A stretch of 64,000 nucleotides of DNA from an uncultured Dehalococcoidia bacterium (GTDB taxonomy: Bacteria; Chloroflexota; Dehalococcoidia; Lucifugimonadales; JADFKI01), in NCBI GenBank assembly GCA_964595285.1, contig CAZQPS010000016.1, positions 3,612 through 67,611 on the forward strand, given 5' to 3'. A program made the translations under genes and the position numbers. Below the pieces are notes generated by a model. It saw only the letters and a program-made list of their open reading frames with translations, was not told the DNA's origin and ran no database searches. Shown here piece after piece: positions 56,512-64,000 of the stretch. How positions within the stretch are numbered: position 1 is the first letter of the stretch; every line of letters starts with the position of its first letter.

Positions 56512-58518
56512 ATGGCTAATTATTTGTATTCTCAGTGGAACATGTCGCGGCGGACACCAAACATTAAGCACGACACGCTTATACATAGGCTTTCAGATGA
56601 TGTTCTCACATCGAAAAGTTTGAAGGGTTCTCTCCAGAGTTTGTTGCAGTCTGGAATAGAGGACGAGGATGGACGCACTATTTCCGGATTACAAGATTTG
56701 ATAGAAGCGCTTCAGAGATTTCGCCAAGATCAACTAGAGACATATAACCCTAATTTCGTCAAAGAAGATTTAGTATATAGACTGCAAGATATCGTAAAAA
56801 GTGAGCGGCTTGGTATGGAAACACGTCTCGTTGATGCTAGAGAAGATGCAAAGAAGGGTGACTTTCAAGATGCAATGGATCTTCTAGAACATCTCGTGAA
56901 AGATAATGTATCAAGACTCGATGACCTGCCTGAAGGAGTGGGTGATAAAATAAGGAATCTCCGCCAATATGATTTCATTGATCATATGGCGAGGCAGAAA
57001 TTTTTGGAACTATTAAGATCTCTTCAAGATTCGGCGGCAGGACATTTAATAGAGTCCATAAGTGGCGAAATCGGTAGTTTGACAGAGAACGAAATTAGTG
57101 ATTTCGGAAATATGCTTGCCTCTTTGAACAGCCTGCTCAATGATAAGGCAAGTGGCAAAGATTTGAAATTTCAAGAATTTATTGATATTCATGGGCAATA
57201 TTTTAAAGATGTTAAGGCAGGCGACCTTGAGGAGCTGATAAGCAGATTAGCGGGGCATATGGCTGTAATGCATTCGCTAATGTCGAGTGTTGATGTTGAG
57301 AAGAGAAAAGATATTGAAGATGCTCTGCGAGCTTCATTTCCTCCGCCTATTATCAAAGACTTGGAACTTTTGACCTCTACAATGTATGAACATTTCAATA
57401 TGGATAAGCTAGTAAGGGAATACAACTTTCTAGGTGATAATGATGTAACGCTAGATCATGCAATGACGTTACTCTCAGAATTGCAAAAAATTGATGAATT
57501 GGAAGCCAATATAAATCAGGCTATAAAAGACGTCAATTTACATGATCTGGATTTAGATTCCATTGGAAATTATTTAGGGCAGGAATATCGATCAAGTGCT
57601 GAGTTTCTGCAAGATACGATGTCAGAGTTTGAAGATGAGGGATATTATAAGCGGTCGGGGAAGAGATTTGAATTTACCCAAAGTGGGATTCGGAAACTCG
57701 GACAGAGAGCACTGAGAGAAATACTGACTGAATTAAAAAGAGACCGGAATGGATATATTAAGTCTAATTTTTCTGGAGAAGGCTGGGAGTACAATGGACG
57801 AAGTAAACCCTATGAATATGAAGAGGCATTAGACATAGATCTTCATCGCACGCTATTCAATACGTTAACAAGATCGGGTATTAAAATACCCTTAGAAGTT
57901 AAGGCAGAGGATTTTGAAAGCAAAGAAAGAGAAGATTTAACTCAAACGGCTACAGTGCTTCTTTTGGATCAGAGCAGATCAATGGGTATGTTTGGCAGCT
58001 TTGAAGCGGCCAAGAAAGTTGCACTGGCCCTTAATTATCTTATTATTAGCCAGTATCCGAGGGATCGATTTTACGTGGTTGGCTTTTCTGACTATGCCTC
58101 GCAAGTCAAGTCCAGTGATTTAGGAGACTTGAGATGGAACGCCTGGGTTTCAGGAACTAATATGCAACATGGTCTTTCCGTGTCTCGCACATTATTGTCT
58201 AGGCAAAAAGTGTCTAATAAGCAGATAATCATGATTACGGATGGTGAACCTACCGCACACATTGAAGACGGTAAAGCCGTGTTTAGCTATCCACCGGATT
58301 GGGTAACGATAGATGAAACACTTAGAGAGGTTAAGAGATGTACGAAAGAGGGAATTACAATAAATACCTTCATGCTTGAGGCGAATTATTATTTATCTGA
58401 CTTCATAAATAGAATCACCAAAGTTAACAAAGGCCGTGCATTTTTCACTGACGCTCACGAGATGGGCCGTTATATTATGAAGGATTATTTTAGAAATATA
58501 CAAAGAGTTATATCATGA
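56512..58518 (+). CDS. VWA (von Willebrand factor A) domain protein with a long helical N-terminal region (COG4867-like)
   Basis: 668 aa. MIDAS motif LLLDQSRSMG and MITDGEPTA. The N-terminus Y.YSQW......D.L...LSDD......L..SL..LLQSG......T.SGLQDL matches my recollection of the COG4867 family. Confidence 0.85.
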   Translation: MANYLYSQWNMSRRTPNIKHDTLIHRLSDDVLTSKSLKGSLQSLLQSGIEDEDGRTISGLQDLIEALQRFRQDQLETYNPNFVKEDLVYRLQDIVKSERLGMETRLVDAREDAKKGDFQDAMDLLEHLVKDNVSRLDDLPEGVGDKIRNLRQYDFIDHMARQKFLELLRSLQDSAAGHLIESISGEIGSLTENEISDFGNMLASLNSLLNDKASGKDLKFQEFIDIHGQYFKDVKAGDLEELISRLAGHMAVMHSLMSSVDVEKRKDIEDALRASFPPPIIKDLELLTSTMYEHFNMDKLVREYNFLGDNDVTLDHAMTLLSELQKIDELEANINQAIKDVNLHDLDLDSIGNYLGQEYRSSAEFLQDTMSEFEDEGYYKRSGKRFEFTQSGIRKLGQRALREILTELKRDRNGYIKSNFSGEGWEYNGRSKPYEYEEALDIDLHRTLFNTLTRSGIKIPLEVKAEDFESKEREDLTQTATVLLLDQSRSMGMFGSFEAAKKVALALNYLIISQYPRDRFYVVGFSDYASQVKSSDLGDLRWNAWVSGTNMQHGLSVSRTLLSRQKVSNKQIIMITDGEPTAHIEDGKAVFSYPPDWVTIDETLREVKRCTKEGITINTFMLEANYYLSDFINRITKVNKGRAFFTDAHEMGRYIMKDYFRNIQRVIS

Positions 58519-58607
58519 TTACTCAGGATGCCTTTACGGTACAGGACTGTTCGTATAATTCTCGGATGAAGTTAGTTCTATTAGGACTTTGCAAGAGGTA
58601 TTAATTC

Positions 58608-59072
58608 ATGGTGAATAAGTGGTGGTTAATTGGCGGGGGCGTATTTTTATTTTTCTTAGTCATTGCAAGTATTGTAATGTCAATTCTTGAGGAAGCCGAC
58701 CAAATGTCTGAGGGTACTGCAGAATGGACTGTTCAGAGATTTATCTCAGCAAGTCTTGATGATAATTTTGATTTGGCGTACAGCTTTTTGTCAGGTGATG
58801 TGCAAAGCAATTGCTCAGTAGAGGATTTTGCAGACAATCTAAGGTCAGATTTATCCGACAGAGAATACAGAATTGTTCTGGATAGTGTAGTTCCAGTTGG
58901 GACTTCTACGTTGGTTAAGGTTACAATTACAGAATTTGAATCTGATGGATTCCTCGGATCTTCGGAGTGGTCCCACTCCGAAAAATTTACTCTACATGAA
59001 CTAGGCGGCACATGGCTGCTCACCAAATATCAGTGGCCCTATGATGGTTGTGGTGAGGTTGACGTTTCTTAA
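58608..59072 (+). CDS. membrane-anchored hypothetical protein (single N-terminal TM plus a small globular domain)
   Basis: 154 aa. TM WWLIGGGVFLFFLVIASIVMSIL. The following ~110 aa have an NTF2/DUF4878-like feel (weak). Confidence 0.6.
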   Translation: MVNKWWLIGGGVFLFFLVIASIVMSILEEADQMSEGTAEWTVQRFISASLDDNFDLAYSFLSGDVQSNCSVEDFADNLRSDLSDREYRIVLDSVVPVGTSTLVKVTITEFESDGFLGSSEWSHSEKFTLHELGGTWLLTKYQWPYDGCGEVDVS

Positions 59073-59101
59073 TAATCGCAGGCAACAAAGGGACATTTAG
59101 T

Positions 59102-60916
59102 ATGACCGGACTGACTATAATTTTGGAGATATTGTTCGCCCTAGGCTTGCTTGTTCTTGTATTGACGTTGTGGCGCCGCTACAGATCTTCCCCAAGTGAT
59201 GCTAGAGGAATGGGAACCGTCAAAAGATTGTATTTTTATGGCGTTTGTTTCGTTTCGCTTTTCATGGTAATTAACGGGGCTATATTGCTCGTCCAAGTTT
59301 TGGCAGAGTCTTTCTCAGGAACCACAATGTTTGCAAAATCAAGTGGGATCGTTGCAGGGGGGATTGCATTAGTTGTGGTAGGTTTTCCTTTGTGGGTATT
59401 TCATTGGCGAATGATTCAGGTACGTGCCTTAAATGTCCCAGCAGAAAGTCAGACACTTATTAGGAAATTTTATATCTATTTACTACTAGGTGTTTCTTTG
59501 TCAATGGCTGCTAATTCAATAGTTGGCCTGCTACGTTGGATATTGGGTGTAGAGGCATTTAGTGGATATGATTTAGGTGGATTTATAGCCTGGCTTGCTA
59601 TTTGGTTAATGCATTGGCGTCTTGAGTTAAGGGAGGGTCAAACAACGCGAGAGAATGCTCTAATTAGACAGTTCTATATATATTCCGTGTGTTTGATTTC
59701 TTTGGCTGCATTGTGTTTTGGCCTCGGGAGGATGATTTATTTTCTGCTTTTGGACGGATATCAAATTGCCTCTTCGTCAGTAGTTTTTCTGAATGAAAGT
59801 GGTGGAGCCTGGCGCCCTTCTGTGAGAGATGCACTTGTGTCCTTTGTGGTAGGTGGGACGATTTGGTTGAAGCACTGGGGAATTACCCCCAAAGAGTGGA
59901 CAGGGTTGGGTAATCTGACAACCGAGTCGTTGATTTTGAAAGTGTATTTGCACATATGCGTAGTAGTGGGCGGGGTAGTTCTTACGTTTACTGCTCTAGG
60001 TATAACGTTGACTGGTATATTTCAGTGGCTGCTGAGTGCTACTGGCGAACGGTTATTGACGCATTTTGAATTTATTCCAGGTACGATCGCACTATTTTCC
60101 GTCGGGACAGGATTGTGGATTTACCATACTTGGTTGTTACACGAAGCGCAGTCTTACACTGAGGATAGAATTGATCCTGCTGGACGACCATATTTGTATT
60201 TGGTAATGACCATTGGCGTCGTTTTGTTGGCGGTAGGAATGTTTTTCTTAGTAGGCACAATTTTAGATTTGCTTATAAATTTTGCCACTGATGTAACCAA
60301 CAAGGATGAAAGTCTTGAAAGACTAAGTACTAGTCTGAGTCTTCTAGTGATAGGTTCCATTACTTGGTTGTATCACTGGAAAATCTCTCAAAATGTGATT
60401 TCCGTAGAAGGCTTGCAAGAAACCTCTGCTTTGGCTAGAAGAGCCCACGTGATGTTTGTTATTGGTGTGGGCGTGATCTCGTCTCTAGTTAGTGCAAGTA
60501 TAATATTATTCATTGTCTTGAAGGATATTTTGGATTCTGATGTTACGCTATCTACGATAAACGATATAGGTATGCCCTTATCCTTGATATTGGCCCTGAG
60601 CATCATCTTGCCGTATTACTATTCGATTTATAGAAGAGAGAAAGTATTAGTTTCGCCAGTCTCTCGGCAACACAACTTTGCGAGGAAAGAGGTTTCCATT
60701 ATCATTGGTGCTGAACATGTTGGTTTGGTAGAGATGATCGAAGAACTTTTAGGCTATTCAATTGTCGTGATTCCCTGGATTGATGATGAATCTTTTGTAC
60801 CTGATATGACTCGTAATGAATGTCGAGAAATTGCCATTCGTGTAGCTGAAACTCCGGGAAGACGAGTCACGTTGATAGCAAGTCATAATGGTCTGGATAT
60901 GTATTCACACACATGA
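59102..60916 (+). CDS. polytopic membrane protein built from ~6 repeated TM-hairpin units with a W-x-x-H-W motif, plus a ~90-aa soluble C-terminal domain
   Basis: 604 aa with about 13 predicted TM helices. Recurrent pairs: (R/K)xFYxY... helix then ...G..LW(V/L/I)xHW(R/K/G). Motif instances: WVFHWR, WLMHWR, WLKHWG, WIYHTW, WLYHWK. Confidence 0.75.
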   Translation: MTGLTIILEILFALGLLVLVLTLWRRYRSSPSDARGMGTVKRLYFYGVCFVSLFMVINGAILLVQVLAESFSGTTMFAKSSGIVAGGIALVVVGFPLWVFHWRMIQVRALNVPAESQTLIRKFYIYLLLGVSLSMAANSIVGLLRWILGVEAFSGYDLGGFIAWLAIWLMHWRLELREGQTTRENALIRQFYIYSVCLISLAALCFGLGRMIYFLLLDGYQIASSSVVFLNESGGAWRPSVRDALVSFVVGGTIWLKHWGITPKEWTGLGNLTTESLILKVYLHICVVVGGVVLTFTALGITLTGIFQWLLSATGERLLTHFEFIPGTIALFSVGTGLWIYHTWLLHEAQSYTEDRIDPAGRPYLYLVMTIGVVLLAVGMFFLVGTILDLLINFATDVTNKDESLERLSTSLSLLVIGSITWLYHWKISQNVISVEGLQETSALARRAHVMFVIGVGVISSLVSASIILFIVLKDILDSDVTLSTINDIGMPLSLILALSIILPYYYSIYRREKVLVSPVSRQHNFARKEVSIIIGAEHVGLVEMIEELLGYSIVVIPWIDDESFVPDMTRNECREIAIRVAETPGRRVTLIASHNGLDMYSHT

Positions 60917-60918
60917 TT

Positions 60919-62028
60919 TTACGAGAATCTATCAGGTGTAAATTGATCAACGGACATATCGGTTTTGCCTAGGGTTATCAAATCTGCGATGGCCTTCCCA
61001 ATACCTGGTCCAAGTAGGATTCCTTTCCTGCCGGCTCCAGTAGCCAAATACACGTTTTCCCACCCTGGTGCATTACCAATTATAGGCAGTCCATCAACTG
61101 TTATAGGACGTAGACATGCGGTGTGTTTCACAATTTCTGCATCTTTGAGAGAAGGCATTAGTTTGAATGCACTTCCGAGCAGTTTGTCTTTTGCTGACGT
61201 GGTAGGTTCCTTGTTGAAACCTTCCTCCGTTTCAGTTGCGCCAACCCAGACCAAGCCGTTTGCTCTATGGTATAGTGTTGCTCCCGTTCCTGAAAAATCG
61301 TGTGCTAAGGGCGTCTGAGGCTTTATTCGTACTATCTCCCCTTTTACTGGTCGAATAGGAATACTTATATTTAGCCAACCTTCGGCTTCAACGGACCATG
61401 GCCCCGTGGCTATTATTAGAGCTCCGCAGTATACGGGTTCCCCATTTATGATAACTCCGATAGTCTTGTCGCCGTTTAAGATTACTTCCGTTGCTTCGCC
61501 AATTAACAAAGATGCACCCATATGCTCAGATGCTTTGAATAATGCTGTTGTAAATTCGAATCCACTTAGACATGAATTCCCCTTGGAAATAAGCCCCTTA
61601 ATGGCTTGAGGATTTAAATTGGGTTCTAGTTTAAGGAGTTCTGATGATTCCAACCATTGAGCAGAAAAACCTTCAACAGCGTCAAAGATGTCCTTAGTGA
61701 TACTCATATCTGAGATATCAGATTCCTGAAAGGCTACGTCTATCATATCTACAGGTGCAGGATGAAATTCTACTCCGGATTCTTCTTGTAACTCAGAGCT
61801 GAAGGCTTTGTGGATTCTGAAGGATTCCTTCGCCAATGCGCTTATTGGACCTGGTATGCCAACGCCTTGCATAGGATTGAGCCCGCCGGCATTGTAACCT
61901 GATGCTTGACTGGCTATGCCCTCGCGCTCTACCAGGGTAACATTGACTTTGTTTTTGGAGAGGAAATAGGCTGCAGCACAACCTGCAGCGCCACCGCCAA
62001 TTATTAATACATCAGTAATATTGGTCAT
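60919..62028 (-). CDS. FAD-dependent oxidoreductase (DAO family; glycine/D-amino-acid/sarcosine oxidase-like)
   Basis: 369 aa. Dinucleotide-binding motif DVLIIGGGAAGCAAAYFLSK..V.V.LVERE and a C-terminal GAGRKGILLGPG. Confidence 0.85.
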   Translation of the reverse strand: MTNITDVLIIGGGAAGCAAAYFLSKNKVNVTLVEREGIASQASGYNAGGLNPMQGVGIPGPISALAKESFRIHKAFSSELQEESGVEFHPAPVDMIDVAFQESDISDMSITKDIFDAVEGFSAQWLESSELLKLEPNLNPQAIKGLISKGNSCLSGFEFTTALFKASEHMGASLLIGEATEVILNGDKTIGVIINGEPVYCGALIIATGPWSVEAEGWLNISIPIRPVKGEIVRIKPQTPLAHDFSGTGATLYHRANGLVWVGATETEEGFNKEPTTSAKDKLLGSAFKLMPSLKDAEIVKHTACLRPITVDGLPIIGNAPGWENVYLATGAGRKGILLGPGIGKAIADLITLGKTDMSVDQFTPDRFS

Positions 62029-62069
62029 TTATACACAGCCTTCTCTTTTAATATAAAGTACATAAAGAA

Positions 62070-63392
62070 TTATTCATTTATTGTCCGTTTTTCTATATTG
62101 GGGTTCTTGATAGATGATACACATATCAAGGCCATAACATATGAAATTGCCCCAAACAAAAATATGCTTGAGTAGCTTTTAGTGACGGTATACAACAATG
62201 TTCCGAATGTAGGGCCTAGCCCTAGTGCAGAGATTTGGAATACTCCCATTAGGCCAGTTATGGAACCGAAAGATCCTTTTCCAAAATAATGTGCCATCAT
62301 CATGCTACCCATTATATTTAATCCTCCAGATACCGTTCCATAGACTATCACCGTAATGAACCCAAATTGATCTATTGGCATAATTAAGAACATTAGTAGA
62401 GTCGTGCAAGAAAGGGTGAGAACACCTATTGTTAACGGCTTGGGCGATAGTTTATCAGAGATGAATCCATATATAGGGTTTCCGAATGAACCCAGGAAGG
62501 AGCTAATACTCAAGGCCAATGTAGCTGTTGCCAGTGGTACGCCAGAACTTTTTAGAAGTGGAACCACTTGAAAATTAATTGTTCCGGAAGTAAGAACCGA
62601 TAGAGATTCTGCGATTATTATGAGCCAAAAGGCAGGAGTGAGGATTGCTTCTCCAGTCGACCAGTTGAGATTTTCATTCAGGGCATGTCGGGTTTTGACT
62701 TCGGATTTCTTAGTGTGTGACTTAGGAGAGAATTGAGCTTTGTCTGGCAATACTTCGTTGTCTGCCATGGGCAAACCTAGGTCAGATGGACGCCTACGCA
62801 TTATCAAAAGCATAGGTAAAATCATTATCAAGGAGAGTAATGCTTGTACTTGATACGCGTTTCTCCAACTTCGCGACAACGATATCAAAGCAAATATTTG
62901 TATGTGTATTGACGCTCCGAAAGGTCTCGCCATAGTGGCTATGCCAAGGGCTAGGTTTCTTCGCCTTTGAAAGAAATTGACTGCAGCCGTTCTAGGTACA
63001 ACACCGACAAGGACGGGTTGGGAAATAGTTCTGCCGATTATGATAGCCATGCAAAATTGCCAAGCTGCATTAGAGTTGGCAATATAAAAAAAAGAAAGTC
63101 CTACAATAAATGCGGCTAGAGGCATCATCCCACGGGGGCCATAGCGGTCTGCTAGTCTCCCAATGAACGGAGTAGTTATTCCTGAAGACCAAGTGCCAAT
63201 ACTCACCCCTAACGCAACAGTATTACGGCTCCATTGAGTGTCTTCAAAAATAAAATTTTGCACTCCACCAATAAGCAATTGCGCATTTCCCGTTGCGCAA
63301 TACGTGCTCATTGCGCCAACTGCTAGAATGGCCCATCCGTAATAGAAAGGCATTCTAGGATGCCAATTTAGGAACTTTCTAATATACGCCAA
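62070..63392 (-). CDS. MFS transporter
   Basis: 440 aa with about 12 TM helices. MFS motif A: GRLADRYGPRG. Confidence 0.88.
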   Translation of the reverse strand: MAYIRKFLNWHPRMPFYYGWAILAVGAMSTYCATGNAQLLIGGVQNFIFEDTQWSRNTVALGVSIGTWSSGITTPFIGRLADRYGPRGMMPLAAFIVGLSFFYIANSNAAWQFCMAIIIGRTISQPVLVGVVPRTAAVNFFQRRRNLALGIATMARPFGASIHIQIFALISLSRSWRNAYQVQALLSLIMILPMLLIMRRRPSDLGLPMADNEVLPDKAQFSPKSHTKKSEVKTRHALNENLNWSTGEAILTPAFWLIIIAESLSVLTSGTINFQVVPLLKSSGVPLATATLALSISSFLGSFGNPIYGFISDKLSPKPLTIGVLTLSCTTLLMFLIMPIDQFGFITVIVYGTVSGGLNIMGSMMMAHYFGKGSFGSITGLMGVFQISALGLGPTFGTLLYTVTKSYSSIFLFGAISYVMALICVSSIKNPNIEKRTINE

Positions 63393-63435
63393 GCTTTGTA
63401 CAAATCCTCAGATATGCTTTTAATCTTATTTCGGA

Positions 63436-64000
63436 TTAGAGATCAAATGACATGAGTTCGTCCGAGAAGAGTATTTCTCCATCATAATGATCTCGCACAT
63501 CTCCGATACCTTTTTCCATAGGTCCATGTTGGGAGAGGTGAGGTCCTACATGGACTAATACTAATTTCTTAACACCTGCAGCCTGTGCCATTTTTGCTGC
63601 TCCTGTTGTTCCACATTGACCAAGAGCTTCTCCGTCAAGATCCATTACTTCTTGGTCGTCCCAACACATGCAAAGCATGGCGTCTGCGTCCTTGGCCAGT
63701 TCAGTCACAGAATCACAGGGTTGGGTGTCACCAGTAAATACAACGCTGCCATCAGGAGTTTCTATTCTGTAGGCGAGAGAATCCAAAAATGGTCCGACAT
63801 GTTCGGCGGGTGCGGCAGTGACTTCCCAGTCGGGACCCGAAAAGATTTTCCCTGGTGTAATGTCTTTTGCCAGTACATGTGGAGCTGGCCTTGGTAGTGT
63901 ACCTCCGCGATTAACATGTATACGTTGACTTAAAGGATGGCCCACGCGTGCTTTCCAATCATGGGCAAATATACCCTCATCTTTGTCCAGGATACCCTTG
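63436..64000 (-). CDS. MBL-fold metallo-hydrolase, C-terminal part (5' end beyond the window edge)
   Basis: The frame stays open from 63945 to the window end (KGILDKDEGIFAHDWKARVGHPL...). The C-terminal half has FTGDT and LVLVHVGPH, typical of metallo-beta-lactamase-fold enzymes. Confidence 0.75.
   Translation of the reverse strand, partial: KGILDKDEGIFAHDWKARVGHPLSQRIHVNRGGTLPRPAPHVLAKDITPGKIFSGPDWEVTAAPAEHVGPFLDSLAYRIETPDGSVVFTGDTQPCDSVTELAKDADAMLCMCWDDQEVMDLDGEALGQCGTTGAAKMAQAAGVKKLVLVHVGPHLSQHGPMEKGIGDVRDHYDGEILFSDELMSFDL

Noticed and set aside
1-64000. Window-wide look for tRNA/rRNA genes, CRISPR arrays, IS elements, integrases, toxin-antitoxin pairs and known defence genes.
   Set aside because: I found no tRNA T-arm-like consensus (GGTTCGAATCC-type), no regularly spaced repeats of 25-40 nt, and no transposase, integrase or reverse-transcriptase motifs in any ORF. 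Absence is judged by eye only.

Overview
A 64-kb bacterial chromosomal segment. I call 59 protein-coding genes, two of them cut by the window edges. I saw no rRNA, tRNA, CRISPR array, transposase or integrase.

Gene content:
- Housekeeping genes: jag fragment, trpB, glpD, mazG, sppA, uvrA, pheS-pheT-moeA, and rplY/ctc.
- A phoB/phoR-like two-component pair plus phoU.
- A three-subunit molybdenum hydroxylase locus arranged like coxMSL. Its large subunit has the generic xanthine-dehydrogenase-type active-site loop, not the CO-dehydrogenase one.
- A dense set of catabolic paralogues: 4 enolase-superfamily genes, 2 luciferase-like flavin monooxygenases, 2 crotonases, an amidase, a cupin, a Zn-ADH, an RraA/HMG-aldolase-like gene, a PEP-mutase/ICL-family gene, a Nudix hydrolase, a gluconolactonase, a PHP hydrolase and a nucleoside hydrolase.
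- This paralogue pattern resembles what has been reported for marine SAR202-type Chloroflexota. That is an inference only; no search was possible.

Most noteworthy observations:
1. An in-frame TGA at 31463-31465 joins two annotated ORFs into one 183-aa protein with a U-G-S-C motif. Hairpins immediately downstream could serve as a SECIS element. This is a probable selenoprotein that ordinary ORF calling splits.
2. Two apparently related orphan proteins with HTH-like N-termini (26345-27154 and 39793-40722) are each preceded by direct repeats phased at 21-22 bp. The second is divergently paired with a 240-aa protein carrying multiple CxxC zinc-ribbon motifs.
3. A same-strand envelope cluster at 54.1-60.9 kb encodes a secreted 7-blade propeller, a Ser/Thr-rich protein with a sorting-signal-like C-terminus, a VWA protein with no adjacent ATPase, a membrane-anchored protein, and a 604-aa polytopic protein made of about six repeated TM hairpins ending in W-x-x-H-W.
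4. A perfect 19-bp-stem palindrome lies upstream of mazG. Its right half plus flank recurs about 3.7 kb away.
5. A DUF1800 gene is translationally coupled to an NHL-repeat gene instead of the usual DUF1501 partner.

Limits: all functional calls rest on motif recognition by eye. Coordinates of small motifs read off the sequence text may be off by 1-2 nt.
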